Origin: Geosiphon pyriformis uo1
Taxonomy: Eukaryota > Fungi > Glomeromycota
Reading direction: 5' to 3'
Assembly (NCBI GenBank): GCA_016748015.1
Contig: JAAOMT010000134.1
Span: 1,432,757 to 1,496,756, forward strand
Length of the DNA stretch: 64,000 bases
Part shown: positions 36,263-47,469 of the stretch, in pieces
Layout: the number at the start of each line of letters is the position of its first letter
Numbering within the stretch: position 1 is the first letter of the stretch
The notes under the pieces: model-generated
What the model saw: the letters and a program-made list of their open reading frames with translations, nothing else
What the model was told of the DNA's origin: nothing
Databases searched by the model: none
Program-made: the position numbers and the translations under genes

Positions 36263-37883
36263 TTAGTCAAGCAGCCCGAATGTATCAATAAAACGCTTTG
36301 CTTCACGTTCAAAAGTTCCCTGATTAATGTTTTCACGAATATTATCAAAAAACAAGGCGTATTGAAATAAATTGTGACTACAAAACAAGTATTATTGGTA
36401 ATTAGATCAAAATTAAAATAACATGTACAACCTCAGTTGAGAACTACTTACCATATTAACAAAACTGAACCAAGCATTTCACGGGCGACCAGCAAATGAT
36501 GAACGTATGCCCGCGAATGATTTTGGCAAGAAAAACATTTACAGGAAGACACAAAAGGTCGGTAATCTTTTACATAGTTCTCATCCCATAAGTTAATAGA
36601 ACGCGATAGGCTTTCTTCTAGATTAGTCTCTGGTCTATAACTCCCGAATGAAAAGGTTATGGCATGTCCATCATCTGCCATTTTTGAAGGGTAACTCGTA
36701 TCAAATAAATCAATGCCTTCGGCAATACCTAAAAGAATCCCCTCTTGTTTCATAAAAATGAATAAATAAGTATTATGACTCTTTTATTTTATCCACCTTC
36801 TTGTCTTACCTGGTGTCCCAATATTATGGGCGAGGCGGGGTTTGTTCGGAGGTAAACATTTGAGCGATATTTTAAAAAGATCCAGTCGTTCTCGCAACGT
36901 CACACCAAGTCCAAGGCCATTAAGTGCAAATCCTAATATAAGATGTAATTGGAAGATCCTTGAAGTAAAAAAAAAATTATAGCTGAAGGAAGCAAACCTG
37001 ATACAGCTCGTTTGATGGTCTCCTCGGCCGATTTTGATCGTGCAGCTGGCAAATGATGTCCAACTAGCATTCCAAACACATGAATTCCCTCCTAGAATTT
37101 AAAGTAATTTTATTGACCCACCCGCAGTAGAGAATAACCAAGATCCGTGGATTTCAACCCACCTTGACCTTGGATAAACATTCATCTAACCAATTTAGAG
37201 TTCTATCAACTGATTTATCTACCCGTTTTTGACTTGGTTTTTCATTTTCATACACATGATCTGCCAAACTTGTCAAAATATCAGGACAATATGAGTTCAT
37301 GTACTCAATATAGGATTCGGGTGCGATCTAAATTTGATTTGAAAAAAAATAACTTCATCAGGTATATTACAAGCAATTCATTACTAGCTTTTGAAAGAGC
37401 CTTTGGTCATAAAGATTCACCTTCCGAGATCCTTGACTCGTATAAACAGATACGTACTTTTCAGTGTTGGTGGCTAAAGGTCTTAGAGTTCCAGGATCAC
37501 GAGCATCAAAAAATAGGATATATTCTTCTAGATTCAAGAATTTGTGAACTCCATAAGGGTACAACGATGAGGGTGGGGGTTGGGTGTCTAGACTTTAAAG
37601 CAAGCAAATTAAAGACGAATTGAATTTTTTTTAAAAAAAAAAGGCTTTGTGAATCATATCATTCTACCCCATACAACTCTTCCAGGCTGAGTTGGGCAGC
37701 TGTATAAGGTAAAAGACGTAAAAGATCTGGGGTCAAATGCGGGACGGAACCACGAACAGTATAAAGAATACAGTTAGGGGTATTTATTGTCTTCATGGTT
37801 GATTGGCTGTTTCGTAAAGTTACTCTTCCCAAACGAAGAGAGTTTTCGGTAGTTTTCAATAAATTAAATGAAAAAGTAGTCAT
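36263..37883 (-). CDS. QTRT2: Queuine tRNA-ribosyltransferase accessory subunit, 389 aa, 7 exons: 37883-37675, 37592-37421, 37327-37163, 37091-36998, 36932-36810, 36743-36452, 36377-36263
   Basis: Six GT-AG introns give one open frame. TGT-family motifs: RLG..TPN.ILYT.RGSVPHLTPD, KSVDRTL.WLDEC, LPPNKPRL, GIDLFDTSYP, and the Zn site CKCFSC..HSRAYVHHLL..EML..VLL..HN. The QTRT1 catalytic DSGGFQ motif is absent. CpGs are retained. Confidence 0.92.
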
Positions 37884-37912
37884 TGTGGTGAAAAGAAAGT
37901 TTAGATTATAAA

Positions 37913-38076
37913 CATGTGACTATTAAATTGTGAAAACAATTTTAAAAATATTAGGCTTAAAAAAATAATGTTATTTAAATGCATTTTATAAACACATATT
38001 TAAACTTTTCATTACTTTTACAAAGTGTAGCCCAATCACTAACTACGATCTCAAATACGTTTTTGCTACATGTGAC
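37913..38076 (-). promoter_or_regulatory. Putative QTRT2 promoter: GTCACATG E-boxes (37913-37920, 38069-38076), TATAAAA (37984-37990), CCAAT (38032-38036)
   Basis: Motif matches within 200 bp upstream of the ATG; function is inferred. Confidence 0.4.
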
Positions 38077-40045
38077 TAACCACCTAAGCCAGTCAAGACT
38101 ACACTTAATTTATCAACAAGTAAATAATGATCAGCAAAATCAGTTACATAAAAATTTTTTTCAAACACATAAGACAAATGTTCAAACACATAAAAACCTA
38201 CATCAAAAAGAGAAATAATTTATTCAAAACAAGTAATCACAATATTAATAAGTAATATATTAATCTTTTTACATTTAATTTACAGTTTAATCTTGAGTAA
38301 TTACACCAAATTATAATGTAAAACAGCCAATAAGCAAACAAATTAAATGATTTTTAATTTTTTAATTTTAGTTAATCTAAATATAAACATAAATTTTTTA
38401 ATCATAAATATTATTGTTTAAAATCAGAACCAAAAAATCTAATTTTAAAGCCAAAATACAGAGATTTTATAAAATTCCAAATCTAAGCACAATTAATTCA
38501 ACCCAATTATATTATAATATAATATTAAACAAAATTACTTTTTTTTTTAATAAATTATTTTTAATATATACAAATACATAATTCAAAAATTCAAATTTTT
38601 AAATTTTGAGCAAATAATACTTATATAAATATTATTATAAATTTTTTATGCTTAATAACATACAATTTTTTATAAAATAAGTTTTTAACTTAATTATTTT
38701 GGTTTTAATAAAATCAAAACATTGATTTAAATATTACATAAAAATTTTTTTATTCTAATTTATATTATTTATTAAATTAATATCTAAAAATATTTAATAA
38801 ATTTGATTTTTTACTTAGTATATTTAAACATATTACATAATTTATATACATAATATTTAATATTATTAAAAATAATAATTTTATTATAATTATAAAAAAA
38901 ACAATTAAAAATTTTAAAGTTTAATTTATAAATTAATATATAAGTTTTATTAGCTAAATAATTTATAATCTTATTATTTAATATATTAAAATAGTTTTTA
39001 ATTTTAAACTAAATTATTACCAATTTTTTACATTAAATAAACAAATCAATTTTTTTTTAATTTAATATTTATTTTTAAAATCAAATATAATTAAACTAAT
39101 ATTTTAACAGATAATAATTACAGCCAAATTATTTGTATAAATTATATACAAATATTATAATAAAACATATTTTAAAGTTAAAATAATTACTATAAACTTA
39201 ATTAATATAGAAAATATTATTTTACAAATTTTAATTTTAAGATTTATGTTTTTAAAATACATGATTGTATTATTAACACAAAAAAATTAATAAAGTTATT
39301 GATAAATATTGTTAAAACATTCAAAATATATTATAATAAATAGTTAAAAAAATCAGAAATAATTATAAACAAAAAAATAATAGTATTAATAAGTATAAAT
39401 ATTATAATATTATTTATTATATATATAATAAATATTAAATTTAACAGAAATTAATATAAAACTTAAACCAAAATTTCTAATATTTTTTTTTATAGAATTA
39501 TTTTATTATATCTATTATATAATTGTTTAATAAAAACATTATTTAGTTTTTTAAGATTCTTAACCAATTTAGAAATTTAAATCTGTTTAAAACAAAAAAT
39601 ACAAATATATTATAGTTTAAGATAAAAAAAATACATAAACATAATTTATTATAATTTTAAATTAATAACAATAAATACTAATAACAAAAAAATTAATAAT
39701 TGTTTATTTAAAAATATGTAGATTTGTAAACTTATATAAAAAAAGTTTCTTAAACAGATTAAAATTATTTGCAAAATTCAATATTAAAACAGACTTATTT
39801 TAATTTGTATTTAAAAAAAACTTGATATTATATAATAAAAAATAATATTAATATTAATTAAAAATTTACTAAATAAGTTAATTTTTAGTTTAAAACATTT
39901 ACAAATTAATTTATCTTATTTTTTTAAAAATTTGTTACTTATAAAATTAAATTGTATATAATAATAAATTATTAATAATATTATTATATTAATTAAATTA
40001 ATTAATTATATATTTAAAATAGTTTTTTAAAAAACCAAAAAAAAA
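37960..40045 (-). mobile_element. Extremely eroded LINE 3' fragment
   Basis: Reverse complement of 38054-38105 matches the LINE 3' UTR at 46652-46705; the rest is nearly pure AT, so its extent is uncertain. Confidence 0.6.
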
Positions 40046-40169
40046 CTTTTTTTCTTTCCTTTGTTCCAAATTCTCAAAAAGAGTCAAAAAAGTTTTTTGA
40101 AAGAAGTTTTTTACAATTCAGTATGATAAATTTAAACCATTTATTCTTGACTACAAGACTATTGTTGGC

Positions 40170-41985
40170 TGTAGTATTGTTGTTATAAAAAAAACAGTCA
40201 AAGTTTCTGGTTTTAATAATAACTTCAAATTTTGTTGTTCCAAGGAAGAAGAGAAGATATGGCTTCTTAAAGGATGGTTTTGGCAGTAAAAAGAATGTTC
40301 CTGATGTTTAAAATGGTCATTTATAGGGTTTTAAGACTAGTAATACCACTGAGTCTAATAATATTGATATGAAGGAAGAGTGTTGGGTTAAGAAACTCAG
40401 CTTTAATTATGGCAAAGATGGTGTTCATACTGGTGAAGATCCTGATCAGATACCTAAAAGTTTGCAGATTAAAACAAAAAAGACATTGGGTAAACCATTA
40501 GGAAAGATTGATTTTTTAATCATTAATAATAATAATGATATTCTTTTGGATGCTTTACTGAAACTTCCCTTTTCTTTGAAAAATTTGATCAATGTTTTTG
40601 TTTGGAAATTTTTTGCTTTGAACATTGGGTTGAATAAAGTGTCTGGAAAATTCTCTCAGGAAAAGTTGGTAATAGTCAGAAAATTATTTTCAAAAGTCAA
40701 TGGTTTTGGAGGGGTCTCTATCCTTTCAAAATTTGTTGGAATTATCCATGCCACTTTCACATCTGAATCTAATCTGGCACAGACTACTGAAAAGACAAGA
40801 GTGGCAAATGTTTTGGTAAACACTAATCTGAAAAAACCCATAGTGCATTTAAATCAGACTGTGGTAGTAAAAAAAATTCCAGTTGGAACTTTAACTAAGG
40901 CTGTACGTGTAGTACTATCTGAGTTTGGAATGATTATGTTGATTAAGATGCAGTTGGTGGAATTATGGCAAAAGGCTGTAGTTGAGTTTAACTAGTCAAA
41001 TCATGCTGATTTGGTTGTAGTCAGATGATCTATTCTGATTGAAAAAAATGCAGTGTGTGTGACTAAATTAGATTTAGACAAAAAGACATAGGACATAAGA
41101 GATTATCATAAAGCACTGCTTTATACTTTGCCAATAAGAATAAATGCTTATGACATCTGAGATTTTATTGGTTTTTTGGATGAGAAAACTTGTACAATTG
41201 ATTGTCATCCTGTTACTTATGCTTGAGCCAAATGTGCTGTTGTTTGTTTTGACTCAGCTAAATCATTGGATGCTGTCATAGATACCACTCCAGTATTAAA
41301 AGACTTCTATCTTTATTGGTCTCATCTGGTTTTAGCTATGTGTGCCAAGTATGGGAATTCAGGTCATACATCATTAAACTGTGCCACTGGTAAGAAAATT
41401 TTCTCCAATAATCACACACACAAAGTTTTTTCTAATGCTAATAAAAGCAGACTGGCTGCTATTTATGCCAAACATTTGGCTTCTATTGTTTACTCAGTCT
41501 CTTTTGATGGTATTTCTTGGATGAAAATTGTTGGTAAATCTTCTGCCCCTCTTCTCTCTGTACACAATAGTTCTTTGGTCTCTGGCTCCTCTTTGAAAAT
41601 AAAGCCTATTCCTTTGGTTATGAATAACATTGAAAAAAAATTTATGATTTTGGAATGCAGTCTTGCTAGCCTCATAGGACAAATTAATGAATTGGCTAAG
41701 AGGTTGAATTCACTCATGCCAGCAGTTTCTTAGTCTAGTCCTGGATGTCAGCTGCCAGTAACCCTCCTATTGCAGAATTATGTGGATAATATAGTGATGG
41801 AAGAGAGTTTGGGTAAGGCCACTAGTGACAAGACTGCAGCGTTTTTGGGTTTATTTACTTCTCCTAAAGTTGCCAAGTTTGAAGCTATACTGGAAGATCT
41901 CTTTGCATTAATGCTAAGTTTGTTAGCTCATCTTGATAACTTGGTTTTGGCTGGTGGTATAATCTCTCAACCCACTTCTCAATAA
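40170..41985 (+). pseudogene. LINE ORF1 (RRM-like regions, CCHC knuckle, coiled coil)
   Basis: VVVKKIPVGT..WQKAVVEF; CAKYGNSGHTSLNC; start position approximate. Confidence 0.8.
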
Positions 41986-44900
41986 GTAATCTAATTTAAA
42001 AAGTTGCTATTTGCAATATTAGAGGAATGAACAATCCTGCAAAACAGAATGATATCATCTATTGGCACAAAGACATAGACAATTTAATCTCTATTTTTAC
42101 AAAATTGAAGCTGAAAGAGAAAATTCATTTCTGAATTGTCAACAAATTTGATGGCATTTGGGTATTTACTTCTGGTTTGAAATCTGGGTATTTTGGTGCT
42201 GAAGTGGTGATTGTTATGAACTCTTTTTTGGCAAGACATGTGTGCAAAATTTCTGAGGTGCCAGATTGGCTTCTATCTATTAAATTGCTTTTCAAAAATA
42301 AACTTTCTGTGTCAATTTTGGGGCTTTATGTTGGTGCTTTTTTGGTGGTTTGGTTTTCTCAGACTGGTAATATTTCTCTTATTGCAAAGGCTGTAAATAA
42401 GTCTTCTTTTATTATCTTTGGTGGAGATTTCAATAAAGATGGTTATCATAAGTGTGCAAGTTTTAAGAAGTGTCTTGATTTGGAACTAATCAATTCTCTG
42501 ATTGGGAGCTTAGCAATAAAAGCACCTACTTGGGAAAATTCTAGAGACATCATGAAAACAATTGATTACATGTTTGTTTCTCCAAATTTGGTTAATATGA
42601 TAGTTTATCATGGTGTTTTGGGTGTTGATAAGCATTTTGACATTAATTATTAGACTGTTTTTGTGTCAGTGGGCTTGGGTGGTTTGTTGGATGTACAATT
42701 GAATTCTCTTCACAAGCAAGCAAACAAAGATCATTGGAAATTTGATTTTAAGAATGCTGATAATACAAAATAGAGCAAATTTAAGGATGTTACAGCAGCC
42801 AATAATGCCATGTTCTCTGATAATTTTGTTGCTTCCAAGTAATTCTTGGATTTAGATGTAATATGAGATGTTGTTTACAAAATTTTTATATTTTTGGCTA
42901 ATGAAATATTCAAAAAAAAATGATATAAGGGCTTCAGTAGTGTTTTTACCAAGGAATCTTCTAGATTTTATAGGCTGGAGCTTTTGGTCTTGAAGATTGT
43001 TAAGACTTCTTATAAGAAAAATGTTGATAGGTTTGTTCTTCTTATAAAGTGCTGGAATTTTTTAGACAATGTTAAGACCTCAATTGTTCAAGATCTTGTG
43101 GATTCTAATGCAAAGTTTGATCATATCCACTCTGTTTTTTTTGGTATAAGGAAGTTTTATCATACTTTCAAGCTTGCTGAATCAAGAAGGGTAAAAGAGT
43201 CTAATATCAGACCTGCTATAAATAAAAGAATGAAAAGTTTTGTGGTTAATAAAAGCCATATGATCAGAAGTATATTGGAATGCCCTTTTTAGAGGGTGGT
43301 GTTGAATCATTTAGTTTCTGATAGCGAGTTGGTTCTGGAACCTGTTGAGATCAAGGCCAAAGTTAATACAATTATGGAGAGCTAGACAAAGAAGAGGGTT
43401 GTGTCTAATTGTATTCCTAATATGTGGCAGCATCAATATTTGCCTTTACTGTATGTTAACAATAATGTATTTTTTAAAGTCATGGTTCCTGTTAGTTTCA
43501 AAAAATTGGTTTGTATGGTTATCTGATGAAAAGGCTGCTGGCTTGTCTGAAATCACAAATAAATTGTGAAAACATGTTAATGATTTAGTGTTTGTTATGC
43601 TCTTGAACATTTTTAATCTTTGTTTGATACATGAGTCAGTTTTGCAGTCTTGAAAAGAAGCTTGAGTGTTGATGATCCCTAAGCCTTATAAATGAAAAAA
43701 TGTCTTGACTAATACTAAGCTGATTGCATTGATAGAAATCACTCGTAAGATTCTCTCTAAGTTGTTTTTTAATAGAATTTTCTTGGTTTGTAGTGAGTTT
43801 GATGTTTTCTGTGGTGATAATTTTTCTGTGTTGAAAGGTATTATAATCCAGTCTTCTATTTTTGTTGTTGGATTGGTGGTTGGAGATATTCTAGAAAAAA
43901 ATTGTGAACTGTAGTTGGTCTTATAGAATATGCAGAAGGCTTATAATTTGGTGGAGTGGCATCATTTAAAGAATAGTTTGGCTTGGATTAAGATGTGTAA
44001 ATGGTTTACCCAGTTCTTTGGAAGCATTTATGGCAATAAAACCAACCATGTTATAACCAATTTTGGTTTGACAAAAAGATATCATGTACATAATAGTCTG
44101 AACTAAAGTAAGATTTTTTCTCTTCTGCTTTAAAAAATTTTTTATGATCTCTTGTTGTGTAAGATTAAATGGCAGAAGAGTTTGTGTAGATATTATATTA
44201 ATATTAGGTTTGTTTCCAAAACAGGCAGGGTGAAGTCTCAGAGTAAATTAATTTTATTTTTTGCTGCTAGTACATTTGTTAATGATACAATTTAGATTGG
44301 AAGCAGTCAGGTGGCCATTCAGTATATTTTGAATATTGTTAATAGTTTTTTTGAGATCAATAATATTTCAATTAATAATAAGAAGATGGTTGCCATCTCA
44401 ATTAATCAAAGAGTTAAAAATGTGTCATTGTCAATAAGTGATTTGTCAATATCTGTTGCTCATAAGGAGAAGTGTCATAGGTACCTTGGTATTTTTTTGT
44501 TTTCTAAGAGCTTGTTCAAGCTTAGTTTGATAAAAACTTATTTGGATATCAGGTTTTTTGTTAATTTGGTTTTGAAAAAAACTATCTTAGATAAGTAGTT
44601 TCTCTATTTAGTCTTGGCAATGCTGCAGTCTATTGTTAGTTATAAAACTCAGTTTAGCTTTGTTTCCAAAAATATATGTGTTAAGTAGAATGCCTTAATT
44701 AAGAAAAGATTGAAGTTAAAGGCTAATCTGCTGAGAGACTTTTCCAATAAGGCTTTTTATTACCTCTTATTGTATAGTTTGAGGTTGTTTGAACAGTTGC
44801 AAACAGAATGCAAGTTGGTTTCTTTGTTAAGTTTTTTAAATGCTAATGGGCTTATTGGTTGTTTGTTTGATCATAAGTCTTTGGATTTGCAGATTTTGAG

Positions 44901-46652
44901 CTGGTTGCTGATTTATCTTTTGCATCACCCTGTAAAATTGTGTGTTAGTTTTGTTGATAATTTTTTGGCAGGCATAATTAAACTTCTACTAAATTGTAAC
45001 ATGTCTCTTGACAATTTTTTTCTGTTTGTGTTCCATTTTTTTAGTGGCACTTTAATGTTTTCTGTTTTGAGAGATTCGGTGTTTTATAATGTTTTACATT
45101 CACTCAAAAGGTTTGGGATCACATTTGTTGATCAGTTATATGATAAAAAAGGTTCAATTTTTGATTGGAAGAGTTTTTGTCATTGGAAGAGACTTGATCT
45201 AAGAAGTCCTATTTTTCACTGATTTGGTTTGGCATGTGATTTCTTAGTCAGGTCTCCTCTCTTTGCCAATTCTCCTATTGCTAACTCACAGCTTTTGGAT
45301 GTTTGTGGTTTTAAGAGTGTTTTTGGTTTAAAGCAATGTCTTTCTATTACCAATCTTGATATTATTAATGTCTACATGAATGGATCTTTGAGAAATTTGG
45401 GTATGTGTGAGATGAAATGTGATGCAGCTGTCTACTTTTCTGATTTAGATTTGGGTGTTGGTGTTGGTATTAATAAGTTGGTGTCTTTTACATTGGCAGA
45501 GTTGCAGACAGTTGTTCTAGCTCTAGAGTGCATTTCTTTTAGTAGTTTTGTGGTGGTGTATTCAGACAATTAAGCTGTTTTGGATGCTTATGTTGTTGAA
45601 TTGTTGTTGGCTTTGCTGGACTTTTGCAATTGTTGTTGAATAGAGTAGTGTGGTATAGTAGCACTTATTAAAAATAAAGGGCTCAATGTTTTTTGGTGTA
45701 AAGTTAAAGGAGATTTAGGTGTATTAGGCAACAAGCGAGCTAATAAACTGGCTGGTTTGGCTGCTGGCTTAGACTTTGTGCTTTCTGTTTTGATTAAGAA
45801 TAAGTTTGTTAGAACTGGTAAAGTGGTGGTGTCTGGAAATGTTTGTTACTTTGCTTATAAGATTTTTGGAGCTGTTTATTGTGTCTATTGAAAGGTTAGA
45901 CCTGGCTCAAATATTATTAACAAGATCTTGGTTAAAAATATGGATTGAATTCATACTGCTTCAGTTTGGCACTTTAATTCACACATGGCTGCCGGCTTCA
46001 TTAGTAAGTTTACAGCCAGTTTGTGTTTGTATTTCATAAAGACTTTGTACCATTGTCTGCCAGTTGCCATTTGAAAGTAAATTTATAATAGGAGATATCC
46101 TAGTGTTTTGTGTCTTTATTGTGGAAATATGGAGGGTTCTGATCATTTTTTTGTGTGTTTATTTGATGCTGGAGTTTGTGAGAACCTACTCATGTCTTTC
46201 TTAGCTTGGTAGAGTGTCTTATTGGATTTGGATTTGCTATTATTTTGGGTTATGTAGATGCTTTCCTTGTGTGCTTCAGACAATAATATTTATTTGGCTT
46301 TGTGTAAAGATTTTTTGTTCAAAGATTGGTATGCAGAGGCCCTGTCTGTTTTTGGTAGTGCTAAAATTACTGGTGAAATTATTGTGAAATTTGTTTGAAA
46401 CTTGGGGACAGTTCACCATAATGATGTATAATTGGTTTGAACCAAGTATAAAGCATTTATAAAAAAGAGGAGCCTAATTGTATGTGATAATTTTTTATTG
46501 TCTGAAGTCTGTAGTTTGTCATTTGTGCTTTCTGTTGGAGTTGTTAGATTGCTAGGGATGGCTAAGACACTTGGTGTCAGCTTTGGTTTTCATAAGTTCT
46601 ATTGTTTTTTTTCTGGTGTAAATGTTGCAGTGTCTGTTAAGATAGTTTTATA
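41982..46652 (+). pseudogene. LINE ORF2: APE endonuclease, RT, RNase H, C-terminal CCHC
   Basis: CNIRG, GGDFN, TIDYMF; IALIE..RKI, MQKAY, FV(D)D, YLG; VY.(D)GS, AELQ, VYSD, KVKG..GN; CLYCG..E..DHFFVC. Confidence 0.9.
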
Positions 46653-47469
46653 GTGTTGCTCTGATTGGTTTGAGTAGCTGGTCACATGTAGAAAATACAT
46701 AATTTGCATCTAATTTAGATTATTTAGTTTGATGTATTGTGCTAAGTAGCATTTGGGCTTCATTCATAAAAGTGTTAAAAAAAAAAAAAACTAAATTAAA
46801 AAAAAAATAATATTTAAATTTATTTTATTCAAATTAAAAATGCTTAAATTTTTTATAAAAAAAATAGTATTTAAATATTTATATAATTTATTTGTCTTAA
46901 TAATACTTATAAAATTTTTAAAATAAATAAATTAGTTATATTAATTTTAAACTTAATAAAAATAATAACAGTTTTTTTATTATTTATAAAAATATTATTA
47001 ATTACAAAAAACTAATTTATAAGATTTAAGATTTTTTAAGTAATAGCATAATAATTATTCACAAAAACACTAATTATAAAATATGTAATTAGATTTTAAT
47101 TATAATATAATGTATTTATTTTGTATTCACATAAATTTATATTATTTTTAACTTTGTATAATAAATGTTTTTAAAAAATTAAATAAATTTATTATATATT
47201 TTAATTTTAATTAAATTGTTTTTTAAGTATATTTAATTTACTAAGTTATAAATCTTATATATGTTTTATAAAACCAATTATAGTTTTTGATTTTTTTTAA
47301 AGTATTTTAATTAAAAAACCCATAACAAAAATAAAAAACTAAATTAAAATGCTTTTTTTAATACCAAAAAATTGTTTTTATAAAGAACATTAAACTTATT
47401 ACAAGCAAAAAAATTCAATTAGAAAATTTTTTGAAAAATATTATTATAAGAGTGTTTTCTTAATATATT

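Larger units (their letters stand above)
40046..46790 (+). mobile_element. Near full-length decayed LINE with RNase H
   Basis: ORF1 and ORF2 remnants, 3' UTR and poly(A) at 46777-46790. Confidence 0.92.

Noticed and set aside
36166-37623. ORFs 36166-36348 (-) and 37234-37623 (+) as genes
   Set aside because: An alternate frame of QTRT2 exon 7 and an antisense shadow, respectively
38200-40045. AT-rich tract as mitochondrial insertion, centromere or origin
   Set aside because: Its edge matches the LINE 3' UTR and the similar tract at 47470-49927 retains LINE ORF2 peptides; erosion is the simpler explanation
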